From: Bacteroidota bacterium
Lineage (GTDB): Bacteria > Bacteroidota > Bacteroidia > NS11-12g > UBA9320
Length of the DNA stretch: 64,000 bases
Assembly: GCA_018700895.1 (NCBI GenBank)
Contig: JABIUV010000025.1
Coordinates: 56,075-120,074 of the forward strand
Direction of reading: 5' to 3'
Shown: in pieces, positions 9,149 to 17,772 of the stretch
Numbering within the stretch: position 1 is the first letter of the stretch
Layout of the letters: each line of letters opens with the position of its first letter
The notes under the pieces: generated by a model
What the model was told of the DNA's origin: nothing
Seen by the model: the letters and a program-made list of their open reading frames with translations, nothing else
Databases searched by the model: none
Translations under genes and position numbers: made by a program

Positions 9149-10358
9149 ACCGAGCTAGTAATGCTTCGTTTTCTGCTCCTTTGAGCAAAAATAAAAATAG
9201 ATTTCCGCCGTCTTTTGTCCCTAGTTTTTGATGCCAGGTACTGGGCTTATCTGCTACCCCCTTTATTACCACATTACACTGTTTTACCTCTTGCAGTTTC
9301 AGGCATTTTTTTATTGCCTTAGCATTTAGGCTACATCTTGCTACTATCTCAAAATTTCGCGTGCCTGGTATTGCAATGTTGTTCGAAAAATAGATTTCAA
9401 AATCTGGGTGCTTCCCTACTTCTTCATTTGCCAAAAAGTGATGTATGACTCCTGCTTTGGCAACAAGTGCCAAAGGAATATGGAGGCCCTTATAATTTGA
9501 CTTCGTATATGAAACGTTCGGGATTTTATTCGTAAGACTCGTGAGTTCAAAATGCGTATAGACATCTTTGAGATGCACCTGAAAACTGTTCGTAGTGCAT
9601 GCAAAATCAATTAAAATACCCAGTTCTTTTATCTCACCACGTTCTGCTAAAATATAGACACACGCTACGTGTTCAAACTGTTTCCAAACCTCCTTGAGTT
9701 CAAAAAGTGGGGAGAGCTTGATATACACTTTTCGTGCCTTTGCACGTGACATAGGAATTAAATCCAGCACATTAGGAGACAAATGCTCCAATGCTACTGA
9801 CCTGCCAAAATCGCTACGCCTATCTGGATCTATGTAAATCAAGTCGTGGGTGATACTCGTATCTTGCAGGTAGGATGTACCATCGTCATTTACCCTAAGC
9901 ACATTTTCTAATCCCAATACATCTATATTATATGCCGCCATCGTGTGAAGCTGATCATTCTGCTCTACTACCGTAACTTGGTCAAAGGCCGATGCTAAAA
10001 AAATACTATCTACTCCCAAGCCGCCCGTGATGTCTAAAAGGGTGTTTCCTCGGAGGAAAGTGGTTTTATACTGAGCAACACGCTGAGAGGTGCATTGCAT
10101 ATATGAACGCTCATCCAGAGCGAGCATATGCTCCACAAAAAGAGGTAGTTTTTTCTTACTCTTTTGGTACAACTTTATGAGTTGCAAGCTTGCAGCTAAA
10201 TTAAAATCTGTCGTGCCACTGTGCTTGAGGGCGAGTTGCGTAACATTGTCATCTAGGTGTAGACTAATGAAGCTTGCAGCCTCATTGTTTTTTAATACCT
10301 CTATAATATTGTTACTTTGCACTATACGATACGCAAACGACGTTACGTCTGCAAGCAT
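9138..10358 (-). CDS. class I SAM-dependent RNA methyltransferase with THUMP-like N-terminal domain
   Basis: LDITGGLGVDSIFLASAFDQVTVVEQND SAM-binding motif I with DPDRR motif. 406 aa. Confidence 0.55.
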   Translation of the reverse strand: MLADVTSFAYRIVQSNNIIEVLKNNEAASFISLHLDDNVTQLALKHSGTTDFNLAASLQLIKLYQKSKKKLPLFVEHMLALDERSYMQCTSQRVAQYKTTFLRGNTLLDITGGLGVDSIFLASAFDQVTVVEQNDQLHTMAAYNIDVLGLENVLRVNDDGTSYLQDTSITHDLIYIDPDRRSDFGRSVALEHLSPNVLDLIPMSRAKARKVYIKLSPLFELKEVWKQFEHVACVYILAERGEIKELGILIDFACTTNSFQVHLKDVYTHFELTSLTNKIPNVSYTKSNYKGLHIPLALVAKAGVIHHFLANEEVGKHPDFEIYFSNNIAIPGTRNFEIVARCSLNAKAIKKCLKLQEVKQCNVVIKGVADKPSTWHQKLGTKDGGNLFLFLLKGAENEALLARFIS

Positions 10359-10605
10359 ACAACATTATCTAATTTACATGAACATAAAAAAAATCTTAAG
10401 CATTTTTGCCATTGCACTTTTCATAAGTGCTTTATTCACTTCTTGCCGCTCTAGAGACGCTTGTCCTGGCGTAGGATCTGTTACTCCTGTACACACACTT
10501 TATACCGTTTAACATTTATTGACCAGGCAAGTGGCCACTGGTTTTGCAAGACAATTATTCGTGTCTTGTATTGATACTCAAACCCATTTAGCCACTATTA
10601 CGCAC

Positions 10606-11012
10606 TTATTCTTCTGCGTAATTAAAATGCACTTCTATAGCTAAGGCGTCATTCAAGCTTTTCGCTACCGGGCAGGTAAGTGCCGTTTGTTCGAGTAAAG
10701 ATTTGTCGCCAGGCAACCACGAATCCTTAATCGTAAAAGTCACCTCTATCTTTGAGATACTCCTTGGCGAAGAACTCATGTTTTTTTTCACTTCAGCCAT
10801 TACATTCTCAAAAGGTATATGCTTACTCGCTGCTTTAATGGCCATAACTGTAATCATACAGGAGGCAAGAGCCGTTGCTACAAGGTCTGTTGGGCTAAAT
10901 ATTTCTCCCTTGCCATGATTGTCTTTGAGGCATCTGTGAGTATTTCACTTTTCGAATCCAAATGAACGCAAGACGTTCTCAAATTGCCTTGGTACGTAAC
11001 TATAGATGTCAT
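10606..11012 (-). pseudogene. OsmC/Ohr-family peroxiredoxin-like gene interrupted by a single-base frameshift
   Basis: Frame A gives ...DNHGKGEIFSPTDLVATALASCMITVMA...ALTCPVAKSL (OsmC core). The N-terminus MTSIVTYQGNLRTSCVHLDSKSEILTDASK lies in the -1 frame from ATG at 11012. The frames meet at plus-strand about 10923-10926 (tcaaagacaat on the minus strand). One extra A or G would restore S-K-D-N-H-G. Confidence 0.55.
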
Positions 11013-11065
11013 TTTAGTTGTGATATTCAGCAAAGTTGCGTTTTTAATTCTATTTTTACCACGAT

Positions 11066-11779
11066 TTGAAATTTGTAAAGGTACCTATAACAGTTCTTGT
11101 ATTGGCATTGTTGACACTGTTGCCTTCTACTACTGCTTATGGTCAAGATGCGAAAAAAATACATTTTGGAACATTTACCTTAGCTACCAACGGAGCTGGA
11201 TTGGGATACACTCGCTATGATGATGCTAAGAAAAGAGCGATTTTTGTGAATTTACAGACTATTCATCACTCCCAAGAAACCAATTCTCAAAACACACGTG
11301 TTATCAATCCGAGAAATTACGTCTACGGAAAGCTAAACGCTGCTGCTAGTCTAAGTTCCGGATATACCGTTTACAAAACCATTAGTGCAGGAACCAAAAG
11401 ATATGCATCGCCCGATATTCTTCTAGGAGTTTCATTAGCTCCTAGCCTTGGCATTATGAAACCGTACTACATTAGCTATCAGCACAATAGAAATGACGGA
11501 ACAGGCCCTGATATCATACAGCAAAATATAGAAACTATTCAGAATAAAGACTCGATTTATGGTCCCGCATCGTGGACCAATGGTTTCACCAAGCTATCCA
11601 CTACACTAGGTGTACATACTGACCTGCACGTAGCTTTAAACTGGAATCATTCTTATTATTTTCAAAGTTGTAAGCTAGGTGTCAGATTTGATTTGTATCC
11701 GAGACGACTTAATATTATGTATGGTGCTAATAATCAATATTTTACTTCGCTATATATTACCTATAGTTCCGGCAAATAA
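11066..11779 (+). CDS. hypothetical secreted or outer-membrane protein (TTG start)
   Basis: Signal-peptide-like KFVKVPITVLVLALLTLLPSTTAYGQ. Ser/Thr/Tyr/Gly-rich beta-like sequence. No recognisable domain. Confidence 0.45.
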   Translation: MKFVKVPITVLVLALLTLLPSTTAYGQDAKKIHFGTFTLATNGAGLGYTRYDDAKKRAIFVNLQTIHHSQETNSQNTRVINPRNYVYGKLNAAASLSSGYTVYKTISAGTKRYASPDILLGVSLAPSLGIMKPYYISYQHNRNDGTGPDIIQQNIETIQNKDSIYGPASWTNGFTKLSTTLGVHTDLHVALNWNHSYYFQSCKLGVRFDLYPRRLNIMYGANNQYFTSLYITYSSGK

Positions 11780-11897
11780 CAGAATTTTGAAATGCATTAG
11801 TCAATCCAAATGCACAGTTGCTTAAGTATTGCTTGATAGTCTAAAATCAAAAAGTAAATTTGTGTGTTAAAATTTTTAATAAACGTTAATAAGAGAT

Positions 11898-14618
11898 ATG
11901 AATAAAAGATCAGTACTATCTATTGCTTTTGCACTTGTTTTTGTAGCAGGAGCATTGCTTTACACTAATTCTTCGAACGAAGGAATCTACTCTCCACGTA
12001 CTAAAACTGAGCAAGGCATTGCTGGTTATGAAGCGTATTTGAAAACGGTTCGTGCAAATCAGACGACAGGGGTTGTAACCATAGATGACATCGAAGCTGT
12101 AAAAGCTGAAATAAAAGGGCAACAAAATGTTAAGTTTAAGGCGGATTGGCCACTCACTTGGGAATTTAGAGGCCCAGATAATGTTGGTGGACGAACAAGA
12201 TGTCTGGTGATTGACAAGGATGACCCAAGTATCCTGTACTCTGGTGGTGTTTCTGGTTCGGTATTTAAAAGTACAAACGGCGGTGGTTCTTGGTATCCGC
12301 TTACCATAGGCGAAGATAACTTTGGTGTGGTAAGTATGGCTCAAAATGATAAGGGGGAGCTTTTTTACGGTACAGGTGAAGCAGGTCTAACTTCTGCAAC
12401 TGGTGGTGAAAACGGTACGGCTGGTTTCAATGGAATGGGGATATTCAAATCTACCGATGGCGAAACATTTTCTCAATTAACAGGTTCTCAAGCATTCGGC
12501 AGTATTTTTATGCTCACGGTAGACCCTACTACTGATTTCATATACGCAGGGTCATCTAATGGTTTAAGAGTGAGTAAGGATGGCGGGACATCTTGGACGT
12601 TGGTGCGAGGTGGAACATGTCGTGATATCCAGTTTAACTCAAATGGTGTAGCCCTTGCAAGTATCGGTAATTCTATTTGGAGATCTACCACACCAGATGT
12701 AGGTTCATCATACGGAAATATTACGGATGTAGCGGGTAGCAGTAGAGCAGCAATAGGTTGGGCAGCTTCTGACCCAAATTATGCGTACGTAGTTACAGTA
12801 AGTTCTGTTGCTTTTGATGGTCAAACCTATGGTGGTGGTGCACTCTCAGGATTGTTCAGATCTACCGACGGCGGACAAACATTCACAGAAGAAGTAGACC
12901 AGATAAGCCAATTCTTTGCTCCATTTACTATCATTGGTTTGCAAGCACAAGGCGATTATGACATTGCCATCGGAGTTCACCCAAGAGATAAGGATCGTGT
13001 ATTCATTGGAGGTATAGAGTTTGCAGAATGGTCATTGCAAGAAGGGCCAAAAATTGTTGGGAACAAGTTCAGTTCACCTACCAACCCATTTGGAATTCAC
13101 TCGGACAAACACCTCATCAAATTTGATAACTCAGGCGAAGATCCTATTATGTATATCTGTTCAGATGGGGGAATAGCTCGTACGACAAACGCTGATTTAG
13201 ACAGATACAAAGATATCAATACGAACATGATAACTACGCAGTTTTACGCTATAGCTGCTGACGCAGAAGGACGTTTGCTAGGTGGTACTCAAGATAATAA
13301 CACTATGCTTCTTACAGGTGAGTCTTTCCCGCGTAAAATTGCACAAGACGTAATAGGCGGTGACGGTTTCCAAACAGCTATCAGTAAGTACGACGGCAAT
13401 TTTATGTTCGGTGAAAGCCAATATGGCAACCTAAGACGTTCTATAACTGGTGGGGGTTCTTTTGAGTCTATCTGGGATAATAGAATAAGAAGTACCTTTG
13501 GCAGTGCATCGCAGCCTACTAATTATTTCAATAATGCCCTGTGCTTATGGGAAAACCCTGATGTACTAGCGGAAGTAGAAACGCGTGATAAAACAGAAGC
13601 AGATGACTCATTGATCAATGCTAAGCTATACTTTGCTGCAAATGATGGAGTTTGGGTATGTAATAATGCACTTGGAAAACCACACGATGGTTCGGCACCT
13701 AAAGATTTTGGTGCTGTAAGGTGGTTTAGAATATCTAACGTAGGAAGAGTGCACTACTTGCATCCTACTAAAGACGGAAAGTCTCTATTTGTAGCGACTA
13801 CTAACGGACAGATTCACAGAATAGACGGATTGCTAGATGCTAACTTTGACACAACTATACTGGCGGTAAATAATGCAATTGCTTCAGAGCTTACCACCAC
13901 TCGAATCAATGGAAACCTTTCGCTGGGGAGCAGAACAGTTACTTCTATAGCCATAGATGAGAATGATCCTAACAGAGTAGTACTCACCGCAGGAAACTAT
14001 GGTAATACAAACTTTGTTTACGTAACTAATGATGCACTATCTGCATCACCTACCTGGACGAGTATTCAGGGGAATCTTCCTCGTTTCCCAGTTTACCACG
14101 CTGTAATTGCAGCTGATAATCCAGACATCATCGTGCTTGGCACTGAATTTGGAATATGGGCTACAAGCAACGGAACAGCTGGTACACCAACTTGGGCCGA
14201 GGCTCTAGAAGGCGTAGATTCAGATATGCCGTTTCCTAAAGTCCCAGTATTTCACTTAGCACAAGTAGTAAGCAAATCGTGGAGTGGACCTAGAATATAT
14301 GCAGGTACTCACGGTATGGGTATATGGGAGAGTAAGTCATTGCTATCTAGCATACGTAACGACAAAGAGCAGTTAGAAGAAACTAAATTGTCTACCTTCC
14401 CTAATCCAGCAAACAACTATGTGAATATATCATCTACCATCACCGGTAAGTACACACTTAATGTATATGACCTAAAAGGTACTCAAGTATATAGTACAGA
14501 GGGAACAAACAGTGGAACGATCAGAATAAACACCACTCAATTAGTAAGTGGAAACTATTTTGTAGAAGTTATAGGAGCAAACGACAAAGGTGTTTCTAAG
14601 CTTATAGTACAGCACTAG
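11898..14618 (+). CDS. T9SS C-terminal-domain cargo protein with BNR/Asp-box (sialidase or GH74-like) repeats
   Basis: Multiple S-x-D-G-G-x-T-W/F Asp-box motifs (STNGGGSW, SKDGGTSW, STDGGQTF). C-terminal TFPNPANNYVNISS...GNYFVEVIGANDKGVSKLIVQH is a type A T9SS sorting domain. Confidence 0.7.
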   Translation: MNKRSVLSIAFALVFVAGALLYTNSSNEGIYSPRTKTEQGIAGYEAYLKTVRANQTTGVVTIDDIEAVKAEIKGQQNVKFKADWPLTWEFRGPDNVGGRTRCLVIDKDDPSILYSGGVSGSVFKSTNGGGSWYPLTIGEDNFGVVSMAQNDKGELFYGTGEAGLTSATGGENGTAGFNGMGIFKSTDGETFSQLTGSQAFGSIFMLTVDPTTDFIYAGSSNGLRVSKDGGTSWTLVRGGTCRDIQFNSNGVALASIGNSIWRSTTPDVGSSYGNITDVAGSSRAAIGWAASDPNYAYVVTVSSVAFDGQTYGGGALSGLFRSTDGGQTFTEEVDQISQFFAPFTIIGLQAQGDYDIAIGVHPRDKDRVFIGGIEFAEWSLQEGPKIVGNKFSSPTNPFGIHSDKHLIKFDNSGEDPIMYICSDGGIARTTNADLDRYKDINTNMITTQFYAIAADAEGRLLGGTQDNNTMLLTGESFPRKIAQDVIGGDGFQTAISKYDGNFMFGESQYGNLRRSITGGGSFESIWDNRIRSTFGSASQPTNYFNNALCLWENPDVLAEVETRDKTEADDSLINAKLYFAANDGVWVCNNALGKPHDGSAPKDFGAVRWFRISNVGRVHYLHPTKDGKSLFVATTNGQIHRIDGLLDANFDTTILAVNNAIASELTTTRINGNLSLGSRTVTSIAIDENDPNRVVLTAGNYGNTNFVYVTNDALSASPTWTSIQGNLPRFPVYHAVIAADNPDIIVLGTEFGIWATSNGTAGTPTWAEALEGVDSDMPFPKVPVFHLAQVVSKSWSGPRIYAGTHGMGIWESKSLLSSIRNDKEQLEETKLSTFPNPANNYVNISSTITGKYTLNVYDLKGTQVYSTEGTNSGTIRINTTQLVSGNYFVEVIGANDKGVSKLIVQH

Positions 14619-14642
14619 ATATAATTGAATAAAAACGATATT

Positions 14643-14680
14643 AAGCCTCTTACCAGACAACTGGTAAGAGGCTTTTTATT
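14643..14680 (+). terminator. intrinsic terminator after the T9SS BNR gene
   Basis: 14-bp perfect stem aagcctcttaccag / ctggtaagaggctt, loop acaa, then TTTTTATT. Confidence 0.65.
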
Positions 14681-14704
14681 ATGATTAAAACATTCATAAA
14701 ATAG

Positions 14705-15249
14705 ATATTCTCCTTTGTATGGGACATTTCCATCGAAAGAACCAAATCTCCTTACAATGACTATTTGGAAGTCGTTTGGTGCAATGGCATCAAAATGTTA
14801 AATACCCGAGATGCAAATTACGCGTTTAGTAATGGTTATAAGGTGTTTGAATATGCAATGAAGCAAATTACAGAACCGATAGATACAGCCGAGAACATAC
14901 TTATATTTGGTTTCGGATGCAGAAGTATTCTACATCTGTTAGAAAAAAATACAATTATCAAGGGAAAGTAGTAGGTGTAGAATATGATAACGAAATCATA
15001 CGCTTATATCATCAGCATTTTAAATCTAAATACACCTTAACACCTACCCTATATACCTCCGATGCAGAAGCATTCATATCCGTCGCAGATAACAGTACAT
15101 ACGACATCATATTTATTGATTTATTCATAGAATTAGATAACTCCCCATTGTTGCACAAACAACAGTTTCTGGAATCTTTAAAGAAGAAATGCACCAGCTC
15201 GAGCACTCTTGTATTTAATATCACAACGGTAAATCAAAGCGGGATATAA
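14705..15249 (+). pseudogene. spermidine-synthase-like (class I MTase fold) gene lacking a start codon and broken by a frameshift in an A7 run
   Basis: Frame 2 has ...SPYNDYLEVVWCNGIKMLNTRDANYAFSNGYKVFEYAMKQ...ILIFGFGCRSILHLLEKN. Frame 1 continues KVVGVEYDNEIIRLY...TYDIIFIDLF. The join is at gaaaaaaat (14942-14950); one extra A restores EKKYNYQGKVVGVEYD. No in-frame ATG, GTG or TTG upstream. A short ATG ORF at 14719 in frame 1 suggests a second shift. Confidence 0.45.
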
Positions 15250-15459
15250 ACTGCAGACAACTTGTGTACGGTGCTAGGTAGTCAATTTAAATCTGTGAGT
15301 AGAATGCCATTTCAAGAGCTTAATCAGATCATTATCGCAAATAATTAGCCATTATGTCATTTTTATTTGATTTAAAAGTTCTATTTGTGCCATTTTGGCA
15401 TTAATTATCGTAAGGAATGGCATTTGTCTATTACCCACTACAATAACAAAGAATAAAAA

Positions 15460-15897
15460 ATGAACACAATTAAAAGAACACACAGACCAACAACTTCAAT
15501 ACTAACCGATGTATGGGAAAAAAATTTTGAGAATCTAGTAAACGAGATTATTAACGAAACCAAAACCCCTGAATACCTGAGACCAAGAATAAACTTACTG
15601 GAAAAAGAAAATGGATACGAGCTAGCAACAGCACTACCTGGGTTGACCAAAGAAAACATTAAGCTATCTATAGAAGATCACATTCTCACGCTGGAGGCAA
15701 AATCCGCCGAAAGAAAAACAGAATCAGGTGAAAAAGTGCATCTAAAAGAGCTACAAACAGGCACGTACAAACGTATTATTCAACTACCTAAAAATGCCGA
15801 CACAGAAAGTACAGACGCAAGTATGGAAAACGGCATTTTAAAAGTTTACCTAGCAAAAAGAAAAGAGAGTCTACCCAAACAAATAACCATAAAATAA
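15460..15897 (+). CDS. Hsp20/alpha-crystallin small heat-shock protein
   Basis: Alpha-crystallin domain pattern (ELATALPGLTKENIKLSIEDHILTLEAKS...GTYKRIIQLPKNAD...ENGILKVYLAK). Confidence 0.85.
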   Translation: MNTIKRTHRPTTSILTDVWEKNFENLVNEIINETKTPEYLRPRINLLEKENGYELATALPGLTKENIKLSIEDHILTLEAKSAERKTESGEKVHLKELQTGTYKRIIQLPKNADTESTDASMENGILKVYLAKRKESLPKQITIK

Positions 15898-15913
15898 CTC
15901 ATAAAATATTTGA

Positions 15914-15947
15914 ACGGTGGGTGCATGGTGCACTCACCGTTTTTTTT
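15914..15947. terminator. bidirectional intrinsic terminator between convergent hsp20 (+) and the gld gene string (-)
   Basis: Hairpin cggtgggtgca-tgg-tgcactcaccg followed by T7 on the plus strand and preceded by an A-rich tract. Confidence 0.55.
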
Positions 15948-15976
15948 GGTGAAAGCACTGTTGAGTTGCTTATTTC

Positions 15977-16711
15977 TCACTTTTGAACTACAGTACCCGT
16001 GCTCAGTTGCTTATTTACAATTTCATAATCCGTAGCCCGACCATACTGTTCAATATTTCCAGTATTATAAATATTTAAGTAATACCCTTTAGTAGCATTC
16101 ATTGTGCAGACTATTGGGGTATGACTATCTAAGAAAACCTCGTCACAGGCAACGCCTTTTGCATCTAAGTTTGACACGTCTTCTATAGATGCTTTGAGCG
16201 ACCTTAGTCGTCCGTGTAGAATAGTACTCGCGGAATTACGTGATTGTACAAAAATCTCTCTGCCATTAACATTCAACTCAATGTCTGATAGTGCATTATG
16301 GTAGATCTCTAATCGGTCAAAGGCAAGAGTTTCCTTTATAGTAACCTCAGCAATGGACTCTACTTTGAGCATACTGAGGGTACTGATATAAACATCCACA
16401 TCTAGCGAGTAATCAAATGAACGCAGGAAGTTGCACGTATTATTATTGGTAAGTGTAAGCTCACCATCTTTCACATCTCTACCTATGCTACTGAGTAAGT
16501 TCTCGGGACCGTGAAGAATAATCTTTCCAGCTTGGGACGAGTCCTGTATAAGCCGCATCTTAATTCTATCCTCCACCCTAATTTTATCAAAAGGAAGTGC
16601 TAGGTAATCCACTACAGTAGCTGGGTCTCCCAATGATTTCAAACACCTATTGTCCTCACTGCAACTCACTATACAGCAAACAATAAACGCTATGTAGGCT
16701 AACCTTTTCAT
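15977..16711 (-). CDS. lipoprotein, DUF2807/GIN-head (putative adhesin beta-helix) domain
   Basis: Lipobox FIVCCIVSC-SED. Repeated beta-strand pattern (ILHGPENLLSSI, VDVYISTLSMLKVESIAEVTI, ILHGRLRSLKASIEDVSNLDA) typical of DUF2807. Start codon overlaps the upstream stop by ATGA. Confidence 0.45.
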   Translation of the reverse strand: MKRLAYIAFIVCCIVSCSEDNRCLKSLGDPATVVDYLALPFDKIRVEDRIKMRLIQDSSQAGKIILHGPENLLSSIGRDVKDGELTLTNNNTCNFLRSFDYSLDVDVYISTLSMLKVESIAEVTIKETLAFDRLEIYHNALSDIELNVNGREIFVQSRNSASTILHGRLRSLKASIEDVSNLDAKGVACDEVFLDSHTPIVCTMNATKGYYLNIYNTGNIEQYGRATDYEIVNKQLSTGTVVQK

Positions 16712-17772
16712 AACGTATAACCTACGCCTATTTCAAAAAAATCTGCCACGCCCCTATGAAAACGTAACGTACCTTGAGTACTTAAATGTTGCGAAACACG
16801 ATATACCAAACCTATACGCTGACTTAGAGCATTTTTTAGCACTGCAGGCTTGTATAGGTAAGCTCCCACCTCGGTCAGTACATCTACCTTGCCAAATGTC
16901 CACTGAAAACCTCCTGCTATGGCAACTTCACTTTTATCTAGCAGAGAAATAGAACCTAATGGATACGATGCATCTTCCGAATATTTATAAGATTTGTCCA
17001 AAGTGTAATCTACTCCCATCCTCCAAGCCTTCACCAAAGAAACATGTCTTAAGGCTCGTGCTTGTAATCCAAAATTATAGAAGTCTTGCGGATTAGCAAA
17101 GTTGCGTTGCTTTTTGCCATATATCAATGTTAAACTAGATGTCCATTGTGAAGGATTTAACCGTATTGAATCTTCCGAAGCTACACGACCTAGACCAAAC
17201 CCATAACGAGCCGTAAGATGAGGAATATTGTACCCTAAATTAGGAACTTTAAATGCCGCATTTGAGAAATGTGTAATACCAATGCCTAATTCTACATAGC
17301 TATGTTGTTTATCTAAATCAATATGGCTAAGAAGTCCAAAATGCATTGTACCGTTAAGGTGACTGCCTATTGCCTGATTCCGTCTATTTTCTAATGGTTC
17401 AAATTTCTCTGTAAGATACGCCAAACCTGCCCCCATCTTAAACCTTAAGTCTACATGTTTACGTTGTATTAAGGCAAATTTAATATGCGTAAATCCACTT
17501 ACTGCGTGACCGGTAACATCAGAGCCCAAATTATTGTAACCAACTCCGAAACCTACAACGGGTTTTCTGTAGTAGCCTCCCCAATCGGTTTCAGTTCTAT
17601 CCAACTCATACGAAACATTCACGCCCCAATTATGTGCAGCCAGACCCTTAATGTCAGCTCTATGTGCAAGTAAGAAGCCAGGAGTATAAGCCACACCAAG
17701 ATAACGGCTATCCTGTGCAAAAGCACCAACCAATATCATTAGGGACACTATAACTACCGCAATTCTTCTCAT
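16708..17772 (-). CDS. outer-membrane beta-barrel protein, acyloxyacyl-hydrolase (PagL-like) family candidate
   Basis: Signal peptide MRRIAVVIVSLMILVGAFAQ. Alternating beta-strand pattern with C-terminal FFEIGVGYTL. Internal GIGITHFSNA resembles the H-x-S-N catalytic motif of PagL-type lipid A deacylases. ATG directly abuts the gldG stop codon (TAGATG). Confidence 0.4.
   Translation of the reverse strand: MRRIAVVIVSLMILVGAFAQDSRYLGVAYTPGFLLAHRADIKGLAAHNWGVNVSYELDRTETDWGGYYRKPVVGFGVGYNNLGSDVTGHAVSGFTHIKFALIQRKHVDLRFKMGAGLAYLTEKFEPLENRRNQAIGSHLNGTMHFGLLSHIDLDKQHSYVELGIGITHFSNAAFKVPNLGYNIPHLTARYGFGLGRVASEDSIRLNPSQWTSSLTLIYGKKQRNFANPQDFYNFGLQARALRHVSLVKAWRMGVDYTLDKSYKYSEDASYPLGSISLLDKSEVAIAGGFQWTFGKVDVLTEVGAYLYKPAVLKNALSQRIGLVYRVSQHLSTQGTLRFHRGVADFFEIGVGYTL

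Noticed and set aside
9138-10358. Methyltransferases (here and at 51468-52364) as orphan restriction-modification components
   Set aside because: Both look like RNA or small-molecule class I MTases (THUMP-like, zinc-ribbon). They lack DNA MTase motifs such as DPPY or a PCQ target-recognition domain. No endonuclease or specificity gene is adjacent.
10378-10512. 44-codon lipoprotein-like ORF as a confident gene
   Set aside because: Only 20 nt separate it from the divergent MTase start codon, and it has no homology support. It is kept as a low-interest finding only.
11916-12691. Several 60-140-aa minus-strand ORFs
   Set aside because: All lie antisense within the well-supported 906-aa T9SS BNR gene.
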